Positions 14,401-29,400 of a stretch of DNA of 63,535 bases are shown here, in pieces. The DNA is taken from assembly GCF_004010195.1 (NCBI RefSeq), contig NC_057749.1:26397056-26460590 (forward strand), read 5' to 3'. The stretch is from Chiloscyllium plagiosum (taxonomy: Eukaryota). Position 1 is the stretch's first letter. Each line of letters opens with the position of its first letter. The position numbers were made by a program, and so were the translations under genes. The notes under the pieces are model-generated. The model saw nothing but the letters and a program-made list of their open reading frames with translations. It ran no database searches and was not told where the DNA came from.

Positions 14401-17400
14401 CCAGTCGGTCTTGCATCAGTTGTCAGGAAATTATCTATAACTGAGGATAAAGGTGTCTTAATACCATAATCATTTTCAGCTGACCAGAAGCAAGCACTAT
14501 GGAATCATAAAGACTGAACTGTATAAAGAGGTGACTGAAGTACAGAGAGAGTATCTATGAATATCTTTTAGATGGACATCCAAAAAGCATTTGACAAATG
14601 CATCGTAACAGATTGTCAGCTAAAGGTTGAAACAACAATTCCAGCTAACAATGATCTTTATAGCTAGCATCAATAGCTGGATTCATACCCTTAGTCCCAG
14701 GCATAATTACTTTCAATCAACTTTGGAACAATATGGTACACCTCTGAGACAGGTAGAACTCTAAAGCGGATCTTCTGATCCAGAGATAGGGACACTTATC
14801 AATGTGCCCAAACATCCCTGCTCCCAAACATGAGACTAAGCCAAAATGTACTCCCAAATAATTTAGATCATAACTAATGATGCAAACCTACAAACACAGG
14901 CCATTCCAAGGTCTGGAGTACCTTATCAAGTCTCCTCCATTTTTGTCAAAACAAAAAAGGTTAGCAAGGAAAACGTCCTATACATTATGAATAAAATAGT
15001 GACAAGGCTTCACATTTATCACTAAAACTTACAGGCTGTCATGAACAATGAAGGTGACAGTAACATTTGTAGCAATTACATCATCTTCTAAAATTAGCTG
15101 AAATTCATTGTATAAATTGGCTGGGTTGGTGATGTTCACCTGAGAATGAGAAAATAGCAAAACAATTAAGCTACCTCTCAATTTTTAAACATTGTTTTTT
15201 TTTCCTTTTCATTGCAACACCTCAAACACTAGCACCAGACTTAGCAGCATGCTGCATAAGGGTCTGAAAGGGTTAATGCTGACAAATGCTAAGCAATACG
15301 TACTATGATGTCATTTGGACTTGTGAGTAGAACACAGCATGATTATGAACGAATGATATTTAACATTTGCTACTCCTCAAAGTCTCTGACATAATGTCTG
15401 TCCCCTCAATATAATCCCAGATTATTTGTAACATACAATAAATTATATAGTATTTATTAGTACAGATTCTTCTAATTAGTCCAAGAAGTGGTTTCCTCTC
15501 CCACACGAAACCAGGCAGTCCCTGGAGTTTCCTTCACTCATACAATATAGTGAGCTGACAACACAGCTGGCAGCACTGACTTTCCTTTGATTAAATCTCT
15601 CTTCTTTCTGAGATAACCAGAACGAAGAGAGGGGAGGGGTGTACGTACTTCCTGAAAGTGTGGTACAGGCAAAAACATTATTGCAGTAAATATATACTAG
15701 GGTAAAACACTAAATGCTGTAACATTCAGGCTACCAACCAAAGTCTTGAAGGTGAGATTCAATTAGATGGCTTTTCTCTGCAGACAGTAATGTGATGGTT
15801 AAATGTTTTTTTTTGTTTTATCTCTGTCCTGAACTCCAGGCTGCAATACTTAGAACCCACTCAAACCTCCAGTGTTTCAAGCTTTGGTGGTCCTCACAGA
15901 TCGTTTTCTCACCTTTCCTCCAGTTTTATCTGCCAGTTGTCCGAGTTCTGGTAATCTGCAGTCGGTACCTTCAATAGTCAGTACAGAGATGATCACCCTA
16001 AGAGTGATGATTAGACTGGGTTATAGTTAAAGTCTCCTCAGGATTATGAAGACTGTACATAGGTTTTAAGAACCAGTGTACAGGAAGAAGTCATTTAGCC
16101 CCTCAAACCTATTCTGTCATTAATCAGGTGATGACTAATGGGCGAATAACAAGTGTACACCTCACTTTATCCTATATTCATTCATAACTTTGGATCACAA
16201 AAATTTAATCTCAGAATATAAAATTTAAAGCTGAATAATCATCAGCTGCCATTTGACAATTTTTAAACTTGTACCATTCATTGCGTGTGAAAAGACTTCC
16301 CCCGAAAGGCTTTGCTGTAATGTTTAGTCTATGCCACTTGGCCTAGAGTTGTCCAACCTGTATAATAATTTCTCTTTATGTATCCATCTTAATACTTTGG
16401 AAGCTTTGATCAAACAATCCCCTAATCTTCCAAATTCCAGGAATAAAGACCTAGTTTAAACAATCTCTCTTCATAATTTAACCTAAGAAACCCAGCATCA
16501 TTCCAGTAATCCAAGCATCATGCTCCTGATGGCAGAGGATTCCAGAACAGGGATCACAGTCCAATGATGAGGGGTAAACCATTTAGGACTGAGATAAGGA
16601 GTGACTTCTTCATCCAGAGAGTGGAGAGCCTGTGGAATTCTCTGTCACAGAAAGCAGTTAAGGCTAAAACACTATGATCTCAAGAAGTTAGATACAGCAC
16701 TTGGAAAGAGATCAAAGGATATGGGGAAAATGCAGGAATAGGCTAATGAGTTGGATAAACAGAATGAATGGAAGACTCAAAGGACCAAATGGCTACTCCT
16801 GCTATTTTCTATGTTTATGTTTGTAAATTTATGCTGCACTCCTTCCAAGCAATATTTCCATCCTAAGGTTTGGTTCCTTACTAAGACCAGCTCTCAGTAC
16901 TGCAGGTACGGTCCAAGCAGAATTTTCTACAACTCATGCATGACTATTCCTCTAGACACAAATGTCAGCATTCCAATAACCTTTCTGATTGCATGACTGG
17001 TCTATAAATTTCCTCGTTTTCTGCTAATTGGATGGATTACTGCACTTACACAGTACCTTGGCAAGATCATACCTGGAGCATTGTGTGCAGTTTTAGCCTC
17101 TTTACTTCAGAAAGGTTAAAGAGGGAGGGCAGCAAAGGTTCACTAGACTGATGCTAAGGTTGGCAAGACTGTCGTATGAGGAGAGATTGGCTTGCTTGAA
17201 TCTGTATTCACAAGAGTTTAGAAGGACAAAAGGATACCTGATTGAAAGTATTAAACTCTAACAGGACCGAAATAGACGAGCTGCAAGGAGGATGCTTTCA
17301 CTGGTCAGGGAGTCGAGAACCAATGGTCACAATCTCAGGAGATGGGGAAAACCCTTTAGGACTAAGATGAAGAAATATTTCTTCACAGGGTAGTCAACCT

Positions 17401-20400
17401 GTGGAATTCATGACCACAGTAGTCTGTGGGGGCTGGGTTAATGACTATATTTACAAATGAGATTGATTTTTTTTAGATATTAAAAGCATCAAGGGATAAG
17501 GAGAGAAATTCAGAATACAGCATTGAATAGAAGATCAGCATGATCATGCTGAATGGCGAGCAGGCCTGAAGGATCAGATAGTCGACTCCTGCTCTTCATT
17601 TCCATATTCCTATGTCATCTTTCTTAAAGCATGACATGACATGCACAATCTTCCATTCTAATGGAACAGTTCTCAAATCAGAAAAGTTTCAAAGATTTTA
17701 GTAACACCATCGGAAAATATTATTCTTTTAAACCATTTACAAAAATTCGACCTGTCCTGGGATATTCTCACTGAGACTTGATGATCATTCATTATCTTCA
17801 TTACTATTACTTTCAAATAAACCTGTTGGGCTATAACCTGGTGCAGTATTCTGAACATAGTAATTTTCTTGAGTTTATGTCCTTGATTCATTACTAGGTT
17901 TCTTGGGAGGTCTGGCATTCTGACCTCATCCTTTTGCTGTTTGCTCTTCATTCCTAGATTTTTACTAACAAAATCTTAGTAATGTTTCAAACCCAGAATG
18001 CTGGAGAAACTCAGCAAGTCTAGAAGTATCTGTGGAGAGAGAAACAGAGTTAACATTGAAACTGGTATGACTTAAAAACATTCAATGGATTCACATTTCT
18101 GCTTACTACCCACATTTTGACAAGTAGTGTTCTTATCTTTTGTGTGTGTAAAAACTGGTTCTGTACTTTCTTTGTAGACCTCTCACTGATGTGTTGTTAT
18201 GATGCTGTTTACTGGGACAGCCTCAGTCCCACTGAATTGGCCTTAGCGATTCACTTCAAAGTCAGTCTCTCTAAATCCAGATTCTTAACAGCTCTTTCAA
18301 ACACTGATCTTGATCATATTATGGCAGCTACCGGACAAAGCAATGTCTAGGTATAATCTGCAGAAGCTATTTCATAAGTTTCCTGACTGTCCAAGAGTAT
18401 TTCACCTTTCTATTTTGGGGTGGGGTAGCAAAACAGAAGAACCTAGTCTATTACTTTTCTACTCTGGCATCATTTCCAGAGATAATTCAAACTTCGCTCT
18501 ACCTCTATTTTGAATCTTGCTGCTAAAACCTGGGCCAGAAACAATGCTGTATTGTAATACTAGCAGCAAACCTCATCCCTCTTCCTACCTCAAAGACAGG
18601 ACTATAGGGACATTAAAGCAGATCATGTCTCATCAGCTTCCTTAGCTTTATTTTCCCACGCTACTCCACTGCTTCAAGTCACATATGTAATGATTACCAC
18701 AAATTACACCCATTTGCACTTATGGGAGAAATTGAGGTCACATAATTATGGCAAATCAATCAATACTCTAAATCTAATTGCATTTCTGCAAACATTCCCC
18801 TTTTCTTAAAAAGAATTGCATGCACTATCATTTGCAACTACAAGTTATGCAATATGCATGGTCACAAAGAGAATGACCATTCATTAGCAAAAACATGTTA
18901 ACTCTAGTCAGTCCCACTTTCATTAGTCTCTGCACATGCATTGTTTACAAAGTCTTTATATGGGTCAGATCTCGTTGGCCATTCCTCAGGTATCAACTCA
19001 CTCCTAGCCTAATGTTTCTTCACTGGGGATTGTTGTTTTTTAGGGATTGCTATTTATTGATTCATTTACATCGCTGGAAAACAGTGAACCTGTGGGATGA
19101 ATGTTCATTGTGTGGGAGGCAAAATCATTTCATCCCAATCCACTGACTGCAGTGAAGCAACAGAGTTGAAAGTGTGGTGCTGGAAAAGCACAGCAGGTCA
19201 GGCAGCATCTGAGGAGCAGGAGAATCGACGCTTCGAACAAAAGCCCTTCATCGGGAATGAGGCTCAGTAAATGCAGTGAAGCAACAGCTCCCCTAGTGCT
19301 ACATGTATGTTACAGTTGTAACCAAAAATCTAGTTATTTACATTCCTTTCATGCGATTCAGGTGCTGGCTGCTCCACACAGGTCCCAATATTGCCATGCA
19401 GCCCCAGTCTTGTTGACAACATTGAACTTTAGCTTGCAGACTGGCTCTTTAATGCTCAGTTCTGGCAATGACTCAGCAGTTGCATCAAAATGAAATTGTC
19501 GCTTTGCCTTGATTCAATCACTCCCACCTCATACTACTTCTGGCATTAGTTTGAGGAGTGATCATAACTAAAGAATAATTAGGCTGGGCTACATTCCATA
19601 TCTTTAGCAAGTGCATTACTCCCTCACAAGAGTACTTTGTATGAGTATGTGCTCGCTTTGCTTAATATCTTTAAAGATCCATTTGATGATTTTCACTGTG
19701 GCCTCAGCTTTTCGATTTTACTGGGGATAGTTTGAAGATGATATACTCCATATATTTGAATTTCCCAATCATTTATGAAGCACAACAGCTTCACCTTCAA
19801 TACCATAATTCCAAGTAAACTAACCTCAAAACTTGGAGATCTATGTCCATGGTTCACTCTCCGCAATTGGATCCTCCACTTCCTGACCCGAAGACTGCAA
19901 TCAATGACAACAGACAACAGCACCTCCTCCACAGATAATCCTCAACACTGGCACCCCTCAAGGATGCACACTCAGACCCTACTTTAATCCCTGTACACTT
20001 AAGACTATGTGGCCAAATTCTGTCCTAACTCCATCTACAAGTTCACTGACAATGTTGCCATTGTGGGCTGGACCTCAAACAACGAAGAGACAGAATAAAG
20101 GAAAGAGAGAGAATGTGCTTGGTAGGTCTCTTAGGTCTCTTTTATATCTTTCCCCTCCCACCCGAAACTGATGCCCTCTAGTTCTGGACTCCCCCATCCC
20201 AGGGAAAAGCCTTTGTCTATTTATCCTACCCATCCCCCTCACGATTTTATAAACCTCTATAACGTCACCCCTCAGCCTCCGATGCTCCAGGGAAAAACAG
20301 CTCTAGCCTATTCAACCTCTCCCTATAGCTCAAATCCTCCAACCCTGGCAACATCCTTGTAAATCTTTTCTGAACTCTTTCAAGTTTCACAACATCTTTC

Positions 20401-23400
20401 CAATAGGAAGGAGACCAGAATTGCACGCAATATTCCAATACTATGATGAATAAAGGAAAGCATACCAAAAGTCTTCTTCACTATCCTATCTACCTACGAC
20501 TCCACTTTCAAGGAACTAAAATCTTTTCTGAACTCTTTCAAGTTTCACAACATCTTTCCAATAGGAAGGAGACCAGAATTGCACGCAATATTCCAAAAAT
20601 GCTTAATCAATGTCCTGTACAGCTGCAACGTGACCTCCCAACTCCTATACTCAATACTATGATGAATAAAGGAAAGCATACCAAAAGTCTTCTTCACTAT
20701 CCTATCTACCTACGACTCCACTTTCAAGGAACTATGAACCTTCCCAAAATACAGCACCTTGCATTTATCTAAATTAAACTCCATCTGGCCACTTCTCAGC
20801 CCATTTGCCCATCTGATCAAGATCCCGTTGTAATCCGAGGTAATCTTCTTCGCTGTCCACTACACCTCCAATTTTGTGGCATCTGCAAAGTTACTAACCA
20901 TACCTCCTGTGTTCACATCCAAATCATTTATATAAATAATGAAAAGCAGGAGACCCAGCACCAACCCATGTGACACACCACTGGTCACAGACTTCAAGAC
21001 CAAAAATCAATGCTTGAACATCACCCTTTGTCTTCTATCTTGGGAGACAGGTATGCATCCAAATGGCTGGTTCTTCCTGTATTCCATGTGACCTAACCTA
21101 ACCCATTTTCTGTGAAGGACATTGTTGAATGCCTTACTGAAGTCCATATAGATCATGTTCACCATTCTGCCGTCATCAATTCTCTTCGTTACTTTTTCAA
21201 AAAACTCAACTGTAAGTTAGTGAGACATGGTTTTTCATGTACAAAGCCATTTTGACTACCCTTAATTAGTCTTTGCTTTTCCAATTGCATGTAAATCTAT
21301 CCCTCTGTTATAGACCAGTCCAGACAGCGCCCCCCCCCCCCCCCCGCCCCAATACTTTAAGATAGCATGTTCCCAACCTTTTCTTATTTTAAAGGCAGAT
21401 ATGAAGTGAATATTCCGGGTCTGATGCTCGCTGGTCAAACCACTTGGTTTTAAACAATATAGAATTTATTTAAACACTACAGTTGAAATACGAACAAAAG
21501 AAAATGGAATTTAGAATATCTCAACAATTGGAAACTAAACTGACTCGACATAGGAGAAAGTGAGGACTGCAGATGCTAGAGATTAGAGTCAAGATTAGAG
21601 GTGGTACTGGAAAAACAACAGGTCAGGCGGCATCCGAGCCCCAAGAAAATCGATGTTTCCGGCAGGGGCCTTTCATCATTCCTGATGAAGGGCTCCTGCC
21701 CGAAAAGTCAATTTTCCTGCTCCTCCATCATAGGAACATATCTAAGGAGCTGTTAAAATTCCCATATCATCTCATAAATACACCCTTTGGCAAAAGGCAA
21801 ATTCAAACACAGGTTCTTAGATGCAGGGGAGGTTTCAGAAAGAAAAGTCAGCCAGGGATCATCTGCTGAAGCAGCTAAACCAAAACCAAACTAGAAAAAA
21901 CCTGAACTGGGAGAACTGGCCACTCCCCTGCAATTGTCAAAATAGGGTCATTCCAGACAATTCTGTCTGTCTCTTACGACCTCTCTTTAAAAAAAAAATG
22001 AAGGTCAAAATCACCTTTTTAAACTGACAGCATCGTCACACCTCAGAATTCCCTCTAACAACTTGCTCACCATCAATGGTCAGGCTCACCAATCTGTAGA
22101 TCCCTGACTTTCCTTACCACCATTTCTTAAATAGTGGCACCATGTTAGCCAAGCTCCTCTCTTCTGACATCTCACTTGTGACTATCAATGATACAAACAT
22201 CTCAGCAAGGGGTCCAACAATCACTTCCTTAGCTTCCCAGAGTTTTAGGGTCAACTTGGTCAGGTTTATGCACTTTAAGCTGTCCAGCACCTTCTCCTCC
22301 ATAACATGGACATTTTTCAAGACGTCACTATTTATTTCCCAATGTTCCATATCTTCTATATTTTTCTCTAATGTAACACTGATGCAAAATATTCATTTAG
22401 TATCTCGCCTGTGAGAGGTAATTTCGGTTTAAACTTTAAGATGTGCCTGGACCACAGACTGATCTATAATAAAAGACAAAACTTTTGTTTCTTTTCTAAC
22501 AACCATTTTATATACTCAAAAGTAGAATAGTTTAAATTGTGCAGAATGCTGACAATTTGTGAGCGATAGTAAAAACAAGCAGTCTCTTGATTGATGAAGC
22601 TATTAACACAGCAGGGAAGGATGAGTCCTTGACTGATAAGACTGCTAGCACAGACAGAGAAGAATAAGTCTTTGACTGATAAGACTACAGGGTGAGAAAA
22701 ACAACAACTTTAGAGACTCTGAAGACATTTGTTGCAGACTTTGGTGATAAGGGTACAAATCGAAGAATAATGATGTTTTTAAGAATGTGAACCTCATGGC
22801 TTGTTAGAGCCAAGGAGGATGGGGACTTGTACTGTATATAATGGGAGACTTTGTAAGCCTCAGCGCGCTTTTTCTCAGAAGAGTGCCCAACTCTGCAGAC
22901 TTGCTAATAAAACTTTGTTTTCCTGAATTTGTCTAGAGCGATTATTGAGAAGCGATTTTCGTTTCTAACATCGCCCATCTCCTGTGGTTCCACACACTGG
23001 TGGTCTTGTTGATCTTTAAGGGTCCCTTTTCTCTCCCTAGTTACTCTTTTGTCCTTAATGTATTTGCAGAATCCCTTTGGATTCTCCTTAACCTATTTGC
23101 CAAAACCACCTCATGTCCCCTCTTTACCCTCCTGATTTCCATCTTAAGAATATTCCTACTACGTTTATACTCTTCTAAGGATTCACTCTATCTCTGCTGT
23201 CTACACCTGACATATGCTTCCTTCTTTTTCTTGACCAAACCCTCAATTTCTTTAGTCATCCAGCACTCCCTGTACCTACCAGCCTTGCCCTTCACCCTAA
23301 CAATAACATACTGGACACTTGTTATCTCATTTTTGAAGGCTTCCAATTTTCCAGCTGTTCCTTTACTTGCAAACATCTGCCCACAAACAGTTTTTGAAAG

Positions 23401-26400
23401 TTCTTGCCCAATACCATCAAAATTGGACTTCCTCCAACTGAGAACTCTAACTTTTAGATCTGGTCTATCCTTTACCATTACTATTTTAAAACTAATAGAA
23501 TAATGGTCGGTGGTCCTAAATTGCTGCCCCACTGATACTTCAATCAGCTGCCCTGCCTTATTTCCCAAGACTAGGTCAAGTTTTGCACCTTCTCTAGTAG
23601 ATCCATCCACATACTGAATCAGAAAAAATTCCTGCACGCACTTAGAGTCAATAAGGTGCGGTGCTTGAAAAAGCACAAAAGGTCAGACAGCATCTGAGGG
23701 ACAGGAGAGTCAACATTTCAGGCATGACCCTTCATCAGGACTGAACACCCTTAACAATTCCTCTCCATCCAAGCCCTTACATTGCAAGTATAGACTGGGA
23801 CTACCAAAGTTAAAATCCCCTACCATAGCAATCCAATATTCATACAAATAACTGAAATCTCCTTACAAACTTGTTTCTCAATTTCTTGATGACTATTGGA
23901 GGGGTTCTATAGTAAAATCCCAAAAACGTGATTATCTCTTTCTTATTTCTCAGTTTCACCCAAATATCTTCCCTGACATATTCCCAGGAATATCCTCCCC
24001 AAGTACAGCCATAATGTTATCCCTAATCCAAAACAACATTCCCCCTCCTCTCTTGTCCCCTTTTCTATCCTTCCTATAGCATCTATACCCTGGAACACTA
24101 AGCTGCCTGTGCTGTCCATACCTGAGCCATAACTCTAGAATTGCTGTGATATCTCAGTCCAATGTTCCCAACCAGGTTGAAACTTTATTGCTGAAACAGC
24201 ACAGCAGGTCAGGCAGCATCCAGGGAACAGGAGATTCGACGTTTCGGGCACAGGCCCTTCCTCGAAGATCCCAACCAGGTCCTGAGTTCATCTGCCTTAC
24301 CTGTTATGCCCCTTGCATTGAAATAAATGCAGAGTAATTTATCAGTCCTACTTCATTCTCTACTTTATTCCTCCTACCCTGACTGTTTGACTTGCTCCTT
24401 TTCCCAAATGTATCAGCCTCACTATCTCCCCAAGTCTCACCTCCTCCTTATTAGTTTAAATTCCCCTGACCAGCCCTAGCAAATTTCCCCGCCAGTATAT
24501 TAATCCCTTTGCAATTCAGGTGCAATCCGTCCTTCTAATACAGGTCACTTCTACCCCAAAAAAGATTCCAGTGATCTAAAAATGTGAACTCTTCTCCCTG
24601 CACCAGCTCCTCAGCCATGCATTCATCTGCTCTATCCTCCTATTTCTACCCTCACTAACTCGTTGCACTGACAGTAATCCAGATATTACTACCCTCAAAG
24701 ACCTTTTTAAACTCCTGCCTAACTTCCTGTATTCTCTCGTCAGAATATCATCCTCTTCTCTTCCCTGCATCAAAGTTACAAATCACATGGCACCAGGTCG
24801 TAGTCCAACAGGTTTATTTGAAAGTACAAGCTTTCGGAGTGCTACTCCTTCGTCAGGTAGCTAGTGAGGTAGGATACATAGGACACAGAATTTACAGCAA
24901 AAGATTAAAGTGCCATACTACTGATGTGATCCAGTAGACAAACCCAGATGGCTTTTTAGTCTATAATCACTTAGATGGTTTTGATTAATATTTAAATCCC
25001 AAAACTTCTTTCAAATCACTGCCCCAAGATAACTTAAGGTTTTATCAGTATATTAAAAAAAGTGGCATCTCACCTTAGACAATACATTAAAAAAATGTGA
25101 GGTTAGAGTCTGTGCCCCAACCTGGACTCAGACTGGCTTTATTTCCAAAGTAGGAATTTATGAAATGTCACATTGACTGATTGCCTACAAAATAGAATGT
25201 TTCGGCAAATACAAATTTCAAATGTAAATTCACTGCATAGACTTATATGTGCGTGTGTGAGAGAGAGAGAGAGAGTGAGTGAGACAGAGAGAGAAAGCAT
25301 GAGAGAGAGAGGGAAAGAGAGAGTGAGTGACAGCAAGAGTGACAGACAGACAGAGAGAGAGAAAACAGTGTAGTGCTGTCATCTGTAATATGACATGTTC
25401 CGCAACTGGGAGGGAACATCCCTGTCTGGCGATTGTTGTGCAGTGTCAATTCATCCGTTGTTGTAGCGTCTGCTTGGTCTCACCAATGTACCATGTCTTG
25501 GGGCATCCTTGCATGCAGCATATGAGACAGACAATGTTGGCCGAGTCACATGAGTATTTGCTGCACACGTGGTGTGTGGTCACCCCACACATAATGGGAA
25601 CATCCATGTCAACACTCTGAAACATCCTGCAGTGGTTGTCATGACAGGGTTATACAGTGTTGTGCTCAATGTTGTCCTGAAGGCTGGAACAATGGTCTGT
25701 TTAAGGTTTGGTGGTTGTTTAAAGGTGAGTAGTGGAGGTATAGGGAAGATCTTGGTGAGATGCTCATCCTCATTGATAATGTGTTGCAGGCTGCAAAGAA
25801 CATGGCTTCCGGGAAGTACTGGACAACGAAGTCTATCCTATCAATGGTTATCAAGTGTCTGTCTCCTGAGGTGATCATTACGGTTTTTCACTTTTTAAAA
25901 TTTTATATACTGATGAAACCTTTAGTTATCTCAGGACAGTAAATTCTGGGATTTACATATTAATCAATCAAAACCTCATTCCCCATTCTAAATGATTACA
26001 AACTTAACAGCAATCTAATACATCACATCAGTTACATTACACTTTGTTCTTTTTAACTTATAAATTTTGTATCTTATGATCCTGCCCCACTAGCTACCTG
26101 ATGAAAGCTTGTATTCTCAAATAAACATGCTGTACTATAATTTGGTGTTCTGTGCTTTTAACTTTGTCCACCACAGTCCAACACCAGCACCTCTATATCA
26201 TGACTTCCCTGTGTCGTTAGTTCTAATTGTACAACGACTTCCTGTTGGTCTCTCTCTACCCTTTGAGAATATTATGCACTCTGAGATATTCTTGATCCTG
26301 GCACCAGGGAGGCAACACACCAGTCTTATGTCTTGGTGTCAGCCGCATAAATACCTGTCTGTGCCTCTGACTAGAGAGTCCCCTATCACAATCAACTGCT

Positions 26401-29400
26401 TGGAACCCGACGCACCCCTCATTACATTAGAACAAGTCTCTACCAGAAACTTGGCTGTCTGTGCTACATTTTCAAGAGTCCATCAACCCTTAAATTTTCC
26501 ACAAAAACATATCTGTTTGAGATGGGGATAGCCACAGGTATGACCTGCCTCCCTCCCTTACCTTTTCCTTAGTCCAAGCACTTTAATTCTTTATCCTTTG
26601 TTATTGGGACAAATTGATAAGATCACTCAGGAAATCAGGCTAACAATCGTGTCTTTGATGTGTGCACAGTAAGTCAAAGTTATGGCTGTGGAGTGCAAAA
26701 CTAACTAATTAACTTAACTATAGCAACATACAGAATCACAGAATTTTTACTGCACAGAGGGAGGCCATTCGGCCCATTGTATCTGCACTGGCTCATCAAA
26801 GGAGTATCACTGGCACAAAATAATCTTCTGCCTTTTCCCCATATCATTTTATACTATTCCTAACCAAATAATTATCTAATGCCTTAATTGATGAACTGAA
26901 TAGCCTCTTTCTGCTTTGTAACCTATGGTTTGGAACAAACAATAATAAATGCCAATATACAATGTTAGGACAGTAATCAGTCCTCTTAATAGCAAAATTA
27001 ATATGATAAATACAGACAATGGACCATCACAGAACACCTCATGATGAACAACAGATAGCAAAGGTGATCAAGATAAATCCCACAGATTTCTCAGAAAAAT
27101 CCCCCCAAACATTAATGATATCAAATTGCAGTAAGCTTTATAATGGATTAATATTTTTCACTTTTGTCAGTCTGGTATCCCTCAAAAGAACCACTTCATC
27201 ATGGACTGCCTCAACAATTATTCCTGTTCTGGTTGATCACCTTCCTTTGCTGGGTCTATCCTACCCTGAACTATCTCACTCACAGATATAACCTCAGCTC
27301 TTCACAGCCAGCTAGATTCGCCAAGGTAGTCATGCCCCTCGGATTATTCTCCCATAGTCTAATCTTGCTTAGCTGCATCAAACAAACAGTTTGCAGGTTT
27401 TTTTTGACCTCCTCCATACTTCTCGCTGCACTGAAGTATTTCTGCTCATAACTTCCTTTGAGTCCTTACTCATCCAGTTAGCAGTCTATTAATTCCTAGA
27501 ACTTCTCCTGACTTCTAACAACACAAAGGATTCAAACTGCTCTCAACCCCATTGCGAGTCTTTAACATAGAATCAGTGTAGGTTAGGTACCCGCACAGCA
27601 GCAAAGCTAACTTTAACATGGAAGCTACTGTGATCCCTCTTTTACATCTTCACCGACTGCGTTTGAATTCCTCTTCCGTAACTCCTAACTTGACCTGAGT
27701 GACCTATCAAAAGCCCCTCCCCTATTGCTGGGCAGAATTGAACATTACAATTGAATGCCATAATGAGCAGTTTTAGAATGGAGTGTACGCTGAAGGTTAC
27801 ATTCTCACAGAATGTTGGAAAATCACACTCAACATATCAGAAATACACTGCACCTTGGATTCTCCTTACGAACTGCATCACCTCACACGTAACCATGTTA
27901 TTTATTAAATTATATTCCAGCTGCTATGTCTTTTCCCACTCACATAAATGGTGAAGCCTCTTTGCATCACTTTCAGAACTTGCATTCCATCCTAACTTTT
28001 TGTTATTAACAAACTTGGAAATATTACATTTGGCCTCTGCATCTAAATCATTGATAGAGATCATGAACAGCTGGATCCCACACACAGATCCTTGCAGCAG
28101 CCCAGTAATCAATGTTTACCAACTTGAGGATGACTCCTGCAGAGGTGAAGACTGTAACACAGATTAGCACAGTGTAACTGGTAACCCCATAACTGCAATG
28201 TAACTGGTAACCCCATAACTGCAGTAGGATCCATTGTACACAAATGGTATTTACCCCTGCATCATTGCATATTCAGCAAGGTGACTGTAGAAAAGCTTCG
28301 AGGATTGATAAATCTTATCATCTTTGATGTCCTCCAGATTTCCCAAGATGGTGTTAGCTCGACCATCCGTACAGATTATAACCTGTAAAAAAACAAAAGT
28401 ATTGAAAATCATTGAATTCTCTGTAAATTACTGCTAAAATTAGCAGTTAATACTACATGAAAAAAAATCAGGAAAAGTCTACATCATCTTCACAGTAACA
28501 GAACATCTCCCACATAACTTTCCTCATCTGTCCCCACAAAAAAGACACAGGTATTGAGACTCGTGCAACTGTACCTGACTACAATGTTGTTCTGGTGAAA
28601 GTGACACTGGTAAAAACAGAAGGCTCTTTCACAATTCTCCCTACAATCAGCAATTATTTACTTGGTTAAAAAAATGAAGTTCAGATGTTTCAAAAATCTA
28701 AATCATTACGTACAACATCACGTTACTAATGGCTGCAGCAGAATGATGTTCTCCAGAATTTATTGCTCTTGATTAGTATCATCCAGGGATGAATTGATAA
28801 CCACTTGTGTCATTTAGACCCAAGTCAGAAAGTGTGGTGCTGGAAAAGCACAGCCAGTCAAGCAGCATCAGAGGATTAGATGACTCGATGTTTCGGACAT
28901 AAGCTCTTCATAAGTAATGTGAGAAGAGAACTTCTTCAAGGTCGGCATTCTTGGAAGAGGCTTTTGATCTCCAGCATTTAGAACCAACCAATGCTGACCT
29001 TTCCAAAGCTTGCAGAGTCAACTGAGAATCTCAAGTATATGGAGCCAGGAGACACCATTTCCTATCTACTCAGTACAAGTTAACTCTCAAGTAACTGCCC
29101 ACTGTTGAAACTGTTAGATACAAAGAAGGTAAGATAGAGGCAACAGTGGACATTGGGCCATAGGAAGATGAGGCTGGAGAAGTAGCAATGGGAAACAAAT
29201 AGCAGAGGAACTGTATACTTGCATCAGTCTTCACAGTGGAATACACTTGTAGCATTGCAGAACTTCAAGAGAGTCAGGTGGCAGTACGGTGACATTAATA
29301 AGGAAGTGATGTTGGGGAAGCTGAAAGACCTAAAGGGGGATAAATCACTGGACCAGATGACTATAACCCAGTGTTCTGAAAAGATTACAGAGGAGATTTT

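Larger units (their letters stand above)
24770..26202 (-). mobile_element. Penelope-like element with GIY-YIG remnant and inverted terminal-repeat copy
   Basis: Minus strand [31 protein letters not shown]; terminal sequence repeated in inverted orientation at ~25900-26200; flanked by CTTCCCTG. Confidence 0.8.
20130..26570 (-). mobile_element. Near-full-length decayed CR1 (ORF1 esterase, APE endonuclease, RT) carrying at least five nested insertions
   Basis: ORF1 pieces at 26200-26570 and 24576-24770; endonuclease [32 protein letters not shown]. Confidence 0.85.

Noticed and set aside
28173..28223. TGTAACTGGTAACCCCATAACTGCA repeated twice
   Set aside because: Simple two-copy tandem duplication with no spacers; not CRISPR-like
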